From the NCBI GenBank assembly GCA_030699005.1, contig JAUYLQ010000018.1, positions 1 through 41,272 of the forward strand: a stretch of DNA of 41,272 nt. The letters run 5' to 3'. Position 1 is the first letter of the stretch; the number at the start of each line of letters is the position of its first letter. Shown piece after piece: positions 7,231 to 14,797 of this stretch. The notes under the pieces are model-generated. The model saw nothing but the letters and a program-made list of their open reading frames with translations, did not search any database and was not told the origin of the DNA. The position numbers and the translations under genes are program-made. This stretch comes from an archaeon. Its GTDB lineage: Archaea > Nanobdellota > Nanobdellia > Pacearchaeales > GW2011-AR1.

Positions 7231-7932
7231 ATGAAACAAATTCTCAGTTTTATTAAAAATCAATGGGTCGAAATTCTTTTCTGGCTTCAAATAATCATGT
7301 CCTGGATTTACACTATCCCCTTAGTCATTCAAATCATCTCAGGAAAAACTGGTGGCCTAAACCTTGCAACATATTCTATTTACCTGATTTACCTTGGGTT
7401 AAGTCTCTCTTTAGCTTTTTCTTCCTTCTTCTCGCTTAAGAAAGAAATAGGAAACTTGCCAAATTTTCAACAGCAAAAAGCGTTAAAGGCAAGAAAGCAG
7501 ACAATAATCATCTTTTCACAATGGGCCTTTTTAGTAAGCCTTGTCTTATTATTTGGATTAAGAAATATAGTCTGGAAAGAGAGAGATACCGTCATCTGCT
7601 TGATTATCTTAGTTTTATCGCTTTTAACGCTAATTAAATATAAAGGATTGAAAGACCCATATTCAAAAGGGTTTCTTAATGTTTGGTGCAAATCCGTTCC
7701 TCAATTGTGGCTTGGCTATACAATTTTTGCAGACGCTAGTTCAGAGGGCCTTCCATTTTTGACCTTATTTTTTGGATATCTTACTGCTCTTCAAAGATTA
7801 ATTCAAGTCTGGATTGCAGGAAGAAGGGGGATTTGGGATAAGTCAACAAAGGGGCTAATGATGGGAGAAGGATCGAATGTTCTTTCTTGGAGTATTGTAG
7901 TCGTTCTTTGGGTAGTTTTCAGGCTAAATTAA
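7231..7932 (+). CDS. Seven-TM membrane protein, possibly PQ-loop repeat family (3+1+3 architecture)
   Basis: Two PQ-loop-like segments sit at the expected TM1 and TM5 positions: 'IPLVIQIISGKTGGLNLATY' and 'SVPQLWLGYTIFADASSEGLPFLTL'. The ATG at 7231 follows AAAAAGG. The track start at 7225 is a TTG. Confidence 0.45.
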   Translation: MKQILSFIKNQWVEILFWLQIIMSWIYTIPLVIQIISGKTGGLNLATYSIYLIYLGLSLSLAFSSFFSLKKEIGNLPNFQQQKALKARKQTIIIFSQWAFLVSLVLLFGLRNIVWKERDTVICLIILVLSLLTLIKYKGLKDPYSKGFLNVWCKSVPQLWLGYTIFADASSEGLPFLTLFFGYLTALQRLIQVWIAGRRGIWDKSTKGLMMGEGSNVLSWSIVVVLWVVFRLN

Positions 7933-7963
7933 AATAATTAATAAATAAAAAGGAGTGTGTGAG

Positions 7964-8164
7964 ATGATGTTTCAAGGGCCATCAATTCCAATCGCAATAT
8001 TCACATCTAGTTTATCTCTTATTGTTTATCTTTGTTCTACTCTAGCTTTTTCCCTGTTTTATGAAGGAACTTCCGATATTCCCAGGATAATTACAGCAAT
8101 TTCAATTGTTCCAAGTTTCTATTTTTCAATAAAAATAGTTGAAAAATTACAAAAAATTAACTAA
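7964..8164 (+). CDS. Small two-TM membrane protein
   Basis: 66 aa hydrophobic ORF with an AAAGGAG SD about 9 nt upstream of the ATG at 7964. The track start at 7955 is a GTG. Confidence 0.5.
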   Translation: MMFQGPSIPIAIFTSSLSLIVYLCSTLAFSLFYEGTSDIPRIITAISIVPSFYFSIKIVEKLQKIN

Positions 8165-8201
8165 CAATTTTTAATAAATTAAAAAATTAAAGAGGTGTTA
8201 A

Positions 8202-8816
8202 ATGAATTCTTTTATTCTCCTCATTCTTTTATTAATCAATTTTTCAATATCTTGGTTCAATGCTTGGTCAGCCGGCAGATTTTGGACTGAGTCAAAAATA
8301 ATGGGTGGTTGGACACGCTTACTCATATGGTGTGCTGTTATTATGTCCGCATGTGGCTTTACTTGGGTTTATTTAACAATAATCACTGCAATTTTATTAG
8401 GTTTTGGATGGCTTTCTCCACGGGCAGGGGAAGTAATGTTTAGTCTGGGTTACTTAATTATAATTGGTCCGGTAATTGGTTCGGGATTTGGGATTTGGAT
8501 TCATTCATTAGTTCAGGCATATAAAACAAAAAGGTTTGGGGATGTTGCTGTTGCAGGGTGGAATACTTTTGCACAAGTCCATAATATTTACAATGCAGCA
8601 AAGGAGGTTCCTAGTGCATGGAAGAGTGTTGTTGATGGTCTGAAGGGGGATTCCGATGATACTAAAGGAGTCGCAATTTTACTAATAGTCATTTTGGCTG
8701 TTGCAGGAGGAGCATTAACGACTGCAGGAATTGCAAGAAGAGCAGATCGCACACATGTTATAAATTTTTCACGAAGCATGAAAAACCTGAATAAAAAATC
8801 TCGCGATTCTTATTAA
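8202..8816 (+). CDS. Polytopic membrane protein (about 5 TM), no recognised family
   Basis: 204 aa with an AGAGGTG SD upstream. Hydrophobic segments are rich in W and G. Confidence 0.6.
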   Translation: MNSFILLILLLINFSISWFNAWSAGRFWTESKIMGGWTRLLIWCAVIMSACGFTWVYLTIITAILLGFGWLSPRAGEVMFSLGYLIIIGPVIGSGFGIWIHSLVQAYKTKRFGDVAVAGWNTFAQVHNIYNAAKEVPSAWKSVVDGLKGDSDDTKGVAILLIVILAVAGGALTTAGIARRADRTHVINFSRSMKNLNKKSRDSY

Positions 8817-8841
8817 ATTAAAATTTTAAATGTCCATTTTT

Positions 8842-8931
8842 TACCCCCGCAAGCACCCCAAATTTATTATCAGTTCATTCTGGGCGGGGGTTCTAATTAA
8901 TTTTTTATTAACTAAACAAAAAGGTGAAAAA
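8842..8931 (+). promoter_or_regulatory. Copy A of a conserved hairpin / AT-rich promoter-like / SD cassette
   Basis: 8-bp GC stem ACCCCCGC (8843-8850) / GCGGGGGT (8884-8891). This is followed by CTAATTAATTTTTTATTAA and AAAAGGTGAAAAAATG. It aligns over its full 93 nt with copy B at 10092-10184. Confidence 0.7.
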
Positions 8932-9186
8932 ATGCCAACTCAAATGGTTTTTTTAGTGTTAATCTTCTTAATTCTTGTCTTGTTTACCTCTATAAGGTAT
9001 AAAAAATTTACCTTTAGAGGATTCTTTTTAAGTGTTTTAATGGGTGTGGGAGTATATTTCTTCCTATTCATTTTCTCCACCTCAACTCCACCTACTGGGT
9101 TTTTTATATGGGTAGTCTCAATTTTAACAGCATTTATTTCCGGGATTATTTATGGACTGTTTTCCGAACAGTTTCTTTATCGCTAG
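8932..9186 (+). CDS. Small three-TM membrane protein
   Basis: The internal ATG at 8932 (MPTQMVF...) is preceded by AAAAGGTGAAAAA, identical to the leader of the gene at 10182. Confidence 0.55.
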   Translation: MPTQMVFLVLIFLILVLFTSIRYKKFTFRGFFLSVLMGVGVYFFLFIFSTSTPPTGFFIWVVSILTAFISGIIYGLFSEQFLYR

Positions 9187-9230
9187 GGTGAAAAAATTTA
9201 ATCAAAATTTAAAATAATGAGAGGGCAGTC

Positions 9231-9518
9231 ATGAAAAAATCAAAAATGAATCAACAAGTTTCCGCACTTATACTTTTATTGGTCTTGGGAATGGTGATTC
9301 TTGGAGTAGCAAAGTATTATTTATGGTCTTTTGATCAAATCATGCTGAGTTTTTTAATCGAAGGCTTTCTTTGTTTTGCGCTTTCAGTTCTTTTCGCAAG
9401 ATTTTCAAAAAATAAAGAGGTCTTTTGGACGGATAGTTCTATCGGGGCATCTATTTTTTTAATAACAGTCGTTGTAGTCTGGGTTCTAGGCAGAATTTAT
9501 CTGGCTCAATTTCAATGA
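9231..9518 (+). CDS. Small three-TM membrane protein
   Basis: 95 aa. Its first 15 nt, ATGAAAAAATCAAAA (MKKSK), are identical to the start of the next gene at 9553. Confidence 0.55.
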   Translation: MKKSKMNQQVSALILLLVLGMVILGVAKYYLWSFDQIMLSFLIEGFLCFALSVLFARFSKNKEVFWTDSSIGASIFLITVVVVWVLGRIYLAQFQ

Positions 9519-9552
9519 AATAACTTAATTTTAATTAATTAAAGGCAGAATT

Positions 9553-10083
9553 ATGAAAAAATCAAAATCTTTTAGTTTAGCATTTCTCTTGCTTGGAGCA
9601 TTAATCGCGATTTCTTTATTGGCATACTCCGTGAAAAATTTGTATGAAGAAATGAATGTTGAAATGGTAGTTTTCTGGTTAGTCCTAAATCTGTTCTCTA
9701 TAGTGTTAGGATATTCTTCGCTTGAATCTCTTGTAAAAATATTGAGAGAAGATCAGGGTGGAATTAAAAAGAAGTTCATTTTTGTTCTTAAGATGGTTTA
9801 TCAGGGAAGTTTATCCCTCATCTTGTTTTTGCTCGGGGCTTTTTTATTGTTAATTACCTTTTTAGTCTGCTTTTCTGAAGTTTTTAAGGAGTACTTACCT
9901 TTTTTGGATAACCCAAAAAATGGAGAGTTCCCCGTTTTAGTTATCTCCGTACTTGTCCTATTATCCGGATCAATTTCCATAATCAAGTACTCTTTCTTGT
10001 TCGAAAGATCTTTTGAAAAAAATATTTCAAAATTTAAAAAAGGGGAGATAGAAGAATTTGAGTTTTTGAAAGCCAATAATTAA
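9553..10083 (+). CDS. Membrane protein (4-5 TM), no recognised family
   Basis: 176 aa with an MKKSK N-terminus, hydrophobic segments and a charged C-terminal tail. Confidence 0.55.
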   Translation: MKKSKSFSLAFLLLGALIAISLLAYSVKNLYEEMNVEMVVFWLVLNLFSIVLGYSSLESLVKILREDQGGIKKKFIFVLKMVYQGSLSLILFLLGAFLLLITFLVCFSEVFKEYLPFLDNPKNGEFPVLVISVLVLLSGSISIIKYSFLFERSFEKNISKFKKGEIEEFEFLKANN

Positions 10084-10091
10084 AAATTCTT

Positions 10092-10181
10092 TACGCCCCC
10101 GAAAGAGCTTCAATTTTCTGTCTAGTTCGTTCTGGACGGGGGCACTAATTTATTTTTAATTAATAATTAAAAGGTGAAAAA
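10092..10181 (+). promoter_or_regulatory. Copy B of the conserved hairpin / promoter-like / SD cassette
   Basis: 7-bp GC stem GCCCCCG (10095-10101) / CGGGGGC (10137-10143). The loop ends in AGTTCGTTCTGG (copy A has AGTTCATTCTGG). It is followed by CTAATTTATTTTTAATTAA and AAAAGGTGAAAAAATG. Confidence 0.7.
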
Positions 10182-10718
10182 ATGAAAAAGAAAATTTTCT
10201 GGGGGATTGTCATAGGTCTAACTATAATCGGAACATGGGGAGGAAGTGAAAAAACTTTTTTATTTTATAATGTGAAGTCAGGAACAAGCTGGGGGATAAA
10301 TTTGGGGTTTCTGAATCAATTTCAAGAAGGTTCGATTCATAATGGATTAAATATCTCTGTTGCTGCATATATGGGAGAAGGTTCGATTCATAATGGGATA
10401 AATCTTTCCATTTTTACTATTATGAAAAAGGATTCAAAGGTTAGGGGAGTGAATCTTTCACTGTTTAGTTTTCCCCCAGAAGGAAGTGAAGGAGGAGTTG
10501 TTGAAGGAGTTGAAATAGGAATCATTGGCGTAGCAAACAATGATTCTGAACCTATAGCAAACAATGAATCTTCTGGACCTATCTCTCGAAAAGTGGAGGG
10601 GGTTCAAATAAATTTGCTGTATAACACTTCTATAGAAGGACCAACAGTTCAAATTGGGGTCTATAATGCCATTTATAAAAATGAAAAATGGCATGAATCA
10701 CTTTTATGCAATTTCTGA
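10182..10718 (+). CDS. N-terminally anchored or secreted repeat protein with degenerate G-[VI]-N-[LI]-[SG] repeats
   Basis: N-terminal hydrophobic segment 'IFWGIVIGLTIIG'. Repeats include 'EGSIHNGLNISV', 'EGSIHNGINLSI', 'RGVNLSLF' and 'EGVQINLLYN'. An exact 20-nt DNA repeat occurs at 10326 and 10377. Confidence 0.6.
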   Translation: MKKKIFWGIVIGLTIIGTWGGSEKTFLFYNVKSGTSWGINLGFLNQFQEGSIHNGLNISVAAYMGEGSIHNGINLSIFTIMKKDSKVRGVNLSLFSFPPEGSEGGVVEGVEIGIIGVANNDSEPIANNESSGPISRKVEGVQINLLYNTSIEGPTVQIGVYNAIYKNEKWHESLLCNF

Positions 10719-10736
10719 TAATCCATTTTATCTCAA

Positions 10737-10774
10737 AAAACCTCCCCATTCTGCCCTTCTTCGGGGGAGGTTTT
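10737..10774 (+). terminator. Stem-loop followed by a T-run just after the stop of the repeat-protein gene
   Basis: AAAACCTCCCC (10737-10747) pairs with GGGGAGGTTTT (10764-10774) across a 16-nt loop, and the stem runs into TTTTT. Confidence 0.6.
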
Positions 10775-10979
10775 TGCTTACAATTAAAAATCAAACCCAA
10801 AAACTCTTCTTTTTACAAACCTTAGGCAAGTCCTTGCCAAACAAAATCCAAAATTTAAAATGCAAAAGCTAAGTTTTAGAATAATCTAAAAATCAGGTTA
10901 AACAATATTTTTTTTGCAAAATTTTCAGGATATTTTTGCATTCCACTACATTTTTATAGATGTTTTTTTGTTTTTTAAT

Positions 10980-12020
10980 GTGAAAAGAGTGGTGATAATC
11001 GGAGGAGGTTTTACCGGGGCAAATACCGCAAAAATTTTAGAGAAAAATTTTGAGGTAATGCTAATTGATACAAAAGACTATTTTGAGTTCACTCCATCTA
11101 TTTTAAAGACTTTGACAAATCCCGAATTATTTAATAAGATTAAATTAAACCACCGGGATTACCTAAAAAAATCTCGTCTTGTTTTGGGAAAAGCAGAAAA
11201 AATTTCAAAAAATTCCGTTTTTGTCAATGGAAGAGAAATTTTTTTTGATTATCTTGTCATTGCAGCAGGTTCTTCTTATGAGACCCCATTAAAAAACCAT
11301 AATTCTTCTCCAATTTCAAAGTTAAACAATATAGAGGGGATTCATAAAAAAATTGAATTTTTTAAAAAAATTGTTATTGTTGGAGGAGGCCCGGTCGGAG
11401 TAGAGCTCGCTTCAGAATTAATAACTTTTTATCCGGGTAAGGAAGTGGTTCTTTTCACTTCATCCGGAAGTCTTATACCGAGGAATAGTCAAAAAAGCCA
11501 AAAAATTGCTCAAGATTTTTTGAAAAAAAAAGGGGTAAAAATAAACCTCAATAAACGAATTATTTCAAAAGAAAACACTTCTATTCTAGAAAATGGAAAG
11601 GTCATAACAGGAGACTATTTTTTTCTCTGCACTGGAATAAAAAATAATTCCGGTTTCATAGAAAAAAGCACGAAAGAAATGCTAAATGAAAAAAATCAGG
11701 TGAAAGTCAACAGTTTTTTGCAGGTTAGGGGATTTAAAAATATCTTTGCCGGGGGAGATATAATTGACACCGATGAAGAGAAAACCGCGCAATCTGCAGT
11801 TCTGCATTCATGGATAATTAACCGGAATATTATAAACATGGAAAAAAGAAAGAGTTTGATTAAGTATAAAATAAAGAAGCGCCTGACATTAATCAGCCTC
11901 GGAAGGGCCAACGGGATATTAGAGTATAAGGGCTTTAGCCTGGGGGGTTTAATTCCCGCAATTTTAAAAAAGATTATTGAAAAAAGGCAGTTAATCGGTC
12001 TTAAAACAAGATTATTTTAA
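10980..12020 (+). CDS. FAD-dependent pyridine nucleotide-disulfide oxidoreductase, type II NADH dehydrogenase-like
   Basis: Rossmann motifs 'VVIIGGGFTGANTA' and 'IVIVGGGPVGVELASEL', plus 'IFAGGDI'. The likely start is the GTG at 10980, with TTTTATAG about 25 nt upstream (leaderless). The track start at 10914 is a TTG. Confidence 0.75.
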   Translation: MKRVVIIGGGFTGANTAKILEKNFEVMLIDTKDYFEFTPSILKTLTNPELFNKIKLNHRDYLKKSRLVLGKAEKISKNSVFVNGREIFFDYLVIAAGSSYETPLKNHNSSPISKLNNIEGIHKKIEFFKKIVIVGGGPVGVELASELITFYPGKEVVLFTSSGSLIPRNSQKSQKIAQDFLKKKGVKINLNKRIISKENTSILENGKVITGDYFFLCTGIKNNSGFIEKSTKEMLNEKNQVKVNSFLQVRGFKNIFAGGDIIDTDEEKTAQSAVLHSWIINRNIINMEKRKSLIKYKIKKRLTLISLGRANGILEYKGFSLGGLIPAILKKIIEKRQLIGLKTRLF

Positions 12021-12722
12021 TTTTTTTGAAATTAATTCAATCTCTTTTTTAAGAACCTCTGTTGTTTTCTTAAAAATTTCTTCCGGTTCCATCTGACCGA
12101 AAGATTCAACTGTGAAAAGTAAGCTGTCCGTTTCTTTTACTTCAATATTTTTTTTGCCTTTTTGAGCAAGACCTTCGCAAAAATCAAGGATGGTTTTTTC
12201 TTTATCATCAAGGACCACAATTTTATTTCCTTTTGTTTTTATTTCATTTTTCGGGAAAGCATTTGAAATGTCCTTTTCACATTCTTTATCAAGAGTTATT
12301 TCGGTAACATCTCTGTAAAAAAGAATGCCTGGCGAAAATTTAGCGTGTTCCCTTCCAATCCCCATTTTTGTTGTCCCTTTTAACTTTAATTCTTGGTTAG
12401 TGTTTAAAAGAGTAAGAGGGATTTTATCATAAACAACTTCAAACTCACCTTTTATGCTGTCGGAATAAACTGTTCCTTCCTTTTTTGCGTCAATTTTGAA
12501 CTTTAGAACAGAATCTTTCTTCCAGGATTTTTCATATTTTATTGGAACAAGACCAAGCCTATGTGCAAGAGTCTCATCGTAAAGGGGAGAATCATTTCTT
12601 GAAATTTCAACTTCATCAATTGCCATAGTCGGAATTAGTCCTATACTTCTTCTGATTGCATTTGCAAGGCTTTCATTAGTCTTCAATTCGAAGGAAATTT
12701 TAGCTGGATTTTCTTTTTTCAT
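12012..12722 (-). CDS. rpoD: DNA-directed RNA polymerase subunit Rpo3 (RpoD)
   Basis: 'SLANAIRRSIGLIPTMAIDEVEISRNDSPLYDETLAHRLGLVPI'. Follows rps11 as in the conserved cluster. It has only two Cys, so there is no Fe-S domain. Confidence 0.88.
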   Translation of the reverse strand: MKKENPAKISFELKTNESLANAIRRSIGLIPTMAIDEVEISRNDSPLYDETLAHRLGLVPIKYEKSWKKDSVLKFKIDAKKEGTVYSDSIKGEFEVVYDKIPLTLLNTNQELKLKGTTKMGIGREHAKFSPGILFYRDVTEITLDKECEKDISNAFPKNEIKTKGNKIVVLDDKEKTILDFCEGLAQKGKKNIEVKETDSLLFTVESFGQMEPEEIFKKTTEVLKKEIELISKKLK

Positions 12723-12753
12723 CTTATTTTATTTTTTCGTGGTTTTTTAACTC

Positions 12754-13263
12754 TTATGGTCTCCTTCCTCTTCGTCCCCCTTTCACCTTTGGCCCTCCTC
12801 TGGGCATTCTTGTTGTGTCAAGGATGTTTAGAATTTTAAATCCATCTCTTGTAAGGCTTTTAACAATGCTGTGTGCTCCGGGACCCGGTGCAGGATTTCT
12901 TGTTTTTGCCCGTATACGGACATAAAAAGATTTTATCCCGAGGTCTTTAACTTCTTCTGCAATTCTTTTTGAAATAAACATGGCAATTGTCGGGTTTGCT
13001 TTAAGTCGGTTATGCTTCGTAATCATCCCGCCCGTAACTTTGGAGATAGTCTTTCCGGACATGTCCGTCACATGAACAATTGTATTATTAAATGAAGTGT
13101 AAATATTCATGATAGCTTCAGATTCTTTGCTAACTGTTGCTTTTCTAGACCCCGTCTCTTTTTCTCCTTCTGTTTTTTCCTTAGGTGCTTCTTCAATTTC
13201 CACCTCTTCAACTTCCTCTTTTTCCCTTTCTTTTTCGGATTCTTTTAATTTTTTTTCTGCCAT
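12754..13263 (-). CDS. rps11: 30S ribosomal protein uS11 with an E/K-rich N-terminal extension
   Basis: Core 'IMNIYTSFNNTIVHVTDMSGKTISKVTGGM..RIRAKTRNPAPGPGAHSIVKSLTRDGFKI'. Confidence 0.92.
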   Translation of the reverse strand: MAEKKLKESEKEREKEEVEEVEIEEAPKEKTEGEKETGSRKATVSKESEAIMNIYTSFNNTIVHVTDMSGKTISKVTGGMITKHNRLKANPTIAMFISKRIAEEVKDLGIKSFYVRIRAKTRNPAPGPGAHSIVKSLTRDGFKILNILDTTRMPRGGPKVKGGRRGRRP

Positions 13264-13731
13264 TTAATTTTCAGCCTCGCTTTTTACTTTCTTTTTTATT
13301 TCAATTTTATTTTCAAGTTCAACAGGAACTATGTAAGACGGACTGTCTACAACTCCCCCGTTGACAATTACTTTTTTATGGGTAATCATTTGCCTTGATG
13401 TTTTGATGGTTGGCGAAATTTTCTTTTTAAAAACAACTGTCTGAAGCCTTCTTTCAAGGTAATCAGTCTTGTCAAGTCCAAGAACGTCGGATATTGAAGA
13501 AACTTTGAGTCCCATTTTTTGCAGTCTCAAAAAAAGAGTTTTCTGCTCTTCAGGGTTTGCTTTAATGAGCTTTTTTGCTTTTTGTCTCATTACCCTTACT
13601 TTTGCATCAGCTTTCCAAATTTCTTTTTTGTTTTTCAGCCCATATTTCTTCTTTATAACTGCTTCCTCTTCAATTCTTGCTTTGTCAAAAGGTCTTTTTG
13701 GTCTTGAATATTTTTTATGCTTTCTTTTCAT
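13264..13731 (-). CDS. rps4: 30S ribosomal protein uS4
   Basis: 'YSRPKRPFDKARIEEEAVIKKKYGLKNKKEIWKA'. Position in the cluster. Confidence 0.92.
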   Translation of the reverse strand: MKRKHKKYSRPKRPFDKARIEEEAVIKKKYGLKNKKEIWKADAKVRVMRQKAKKLIKANPEEQKTLFLRLQKMGLKVSSISDVLGLDKTDYLERRLQTVVFKKKISPTIKTSRQMITHKKVIVNGGVVDSPSYIVPVELENKIEIKKKVKSEAEN

Positions 13732-13732
13732 T

Positions 13733-14254
13733 TTACTTTCCTCCTTTCGCAGGTTTCTTTCCCTTAAGAGCGGGTTCTCCCTTTACTGTTTTTTCTGCCT
13801 TTTTCTGAATTCCTGAACTTTTTCTCCTGTTTTTTCTGAAGTGGGATTGCGTTCTTTGACCTCTTGTAGGAAGGCCGAGAGTGTGTCTTATTCCTCTGTA
13901 ACTTTTAATCTTCTTTAATTTTTTAATATCAAATTCATTTCTTAGTTCAAGGTCAACACCAATTAGATGCTGGTTCTCTCCTGTTTCAGGGTCTCTTCGC
14001 CTATTTATAAGAAATTCCGGAGCGTTTGGGTTTTTTAGAAATTTGGTTATTTTTTCCATTTCAGGATCGGTCAGTTCACCGATTTTTTTCAGTTTATCTA
14101 TTCCAAGAATGCTGCAGGCTGCATTAGAAAGAGCCCATGAAACCCCTTTAATTTTTGTTAACCCAGGGTAAACTTTCATTTTACCCTCTATATCTTTAGA
14201 GAGGATTCTGACGATTCTCTCCTGGCTTTTTTGCTGTAATTCTGTTTTTTCCAT
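13733..14254 (-). CDS. rps13: 30S ribosomal protein uS13
   Basis: 'KIKGVSWALSNAACSILGID..YRGIRHTLGLPTRGQRTQSHFR'. Confidence 0.92.
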   Translation of the reverse strand: MEKTELQQKSQERIVRILSKDIEGKMKVYPGLTKIKGVSWALSNAACSILGIDKLKKIGELTDPEMEKITKFLKNPNAPEFLINRRRDPETGENQHLIGVDLELRNEFDIKKLKKIKSYRGIRHTLGLPTRGQRTQSHFRKNRRKSSGIQKKAEKTVKGEPALKGKKPAKGGK

Positions 14255-14255
14255 T

Positions 14256-14792
14256 TTATGCTGTGAATAAATTATATTTCTCCATTTCTGTCAATTCCTG
14301 AAAAATTCTTTTTTCGGCTGCTTTTTCAGGGTCAGGAAGATTTGGAATCCTTTCCTTCATTTCTTTGAAAGATTCGAAAGGTTTTTCTTCCCTTTGCTTC
14401 AAAATTTCACTCATGTGCTTTTTTCCGATTCCCGGTAAAAGCTCGATTTGATGAAGTCTTTTGTTTATTGCGAGAGATTCATTAAAAAACTTAACTATTT
14501 TTGTTTCGTTTTCTTTGACCTTTTTTGCAATCACTTCCTGAAGTTGGTTTTTGGCAGTTTCAGTCAACTTTTCTCTCTTCAGTCTTCCAAGGATGTAATA
14601 AACTTTGTCTCTTCTTCCTTCGCCTATGTAGAGATCTTCGTTTATTTCAATACTAACTCCTCTCCTGGGAACAAGTTCCAGAAGAGTAAAATTTTCTTTA
14701 CCAATAGCCTGGACTATGGGCATCATTTTCTTTTCCAAGGGATACCCGTTTGGTAAATATTCTAGCACTGTTGCATAATCTTCTTTTGCCAT
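14256..14792 (-). CDS. DUF655-type RNA-binding protein (OB-like N-terminus plus helix-hairpin-helix)
   Basis: 'DYATVLEYLPNGYP..LLPGIGKKHMSEILKQREEKPFESFKEMKERI'. The archaeal neighbourhood rpl21e-rpoF-DUF655 is conserved. Confidence 0.75.
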   Translation of the reverse strand: MAKEDYATVLEYLPNGYPLEKKMMPIVQAIGKENFTLLELVPRRGVSIEINEDLYIGEGRRDKVYYILGRLKREKLTETAKNQLQEVIAKKVKENETKIVKFFNESLAINKRLHQIELLPGIGKKHMSEILKQREEKPFESFKEMKERIPNLPDPEKAAEKRIFQELTEMEKYNLFTA

Positions 14793-14797
14793 TTTCT

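Noticed and set aside
8830-8931. N-terminal 34 codons of the track ORF 8830-9186.
   Set aside because: This stretch is the conserved hairpin/promoter/SD cassette shared with the 10092-10181 noncoding region. The ATG at 8932 has the identical AAAAGGTGAAAAA leader.
10654-10872. A 72-aa plus-strand ORF.
   Set aside because: It overlaps the end of the repeat-protein gene, reads straight through the terminator hairpin (10737-10774), and has no RBS or promoter.
10914-10979. TTG-initiated N-terminal extension of the NDH-2-like ORF.
   Set aside because: The extension contains the TTTTATAG box and is F/I-rich nonsense. The Rossmann fold begins right after the GTG at 10980, which is consistent with a leaderless start.
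10719-12011. A distal att copy of the tRNA-Leu(CAA) 3' end that would delimit the 9-kb island as an intact integrated element.
   Set aside because: By eye, no copy of AGCATCCACATAGAATTT or of the 5' segment was found at the far end of the island. An intact element with both att sites therefore cannot be claimed.
13469-13816. Antisense ORFs on the track opposite the ribosomal-protein, SecD, AglB and ThDP genes. Examples are 696-983, 2005-2199, 2363-2578, 13469-13816, 14448-14756, 18660-18995, 21565-21888 and 31886-32134.
   Set aside because: They fully overlap genes with strong family signatures. Their translations are low-complexity (F/L/S-rich), as expected from the reverse complement of K/E-rich AT-biased coding sequence, and they have no start-site support.
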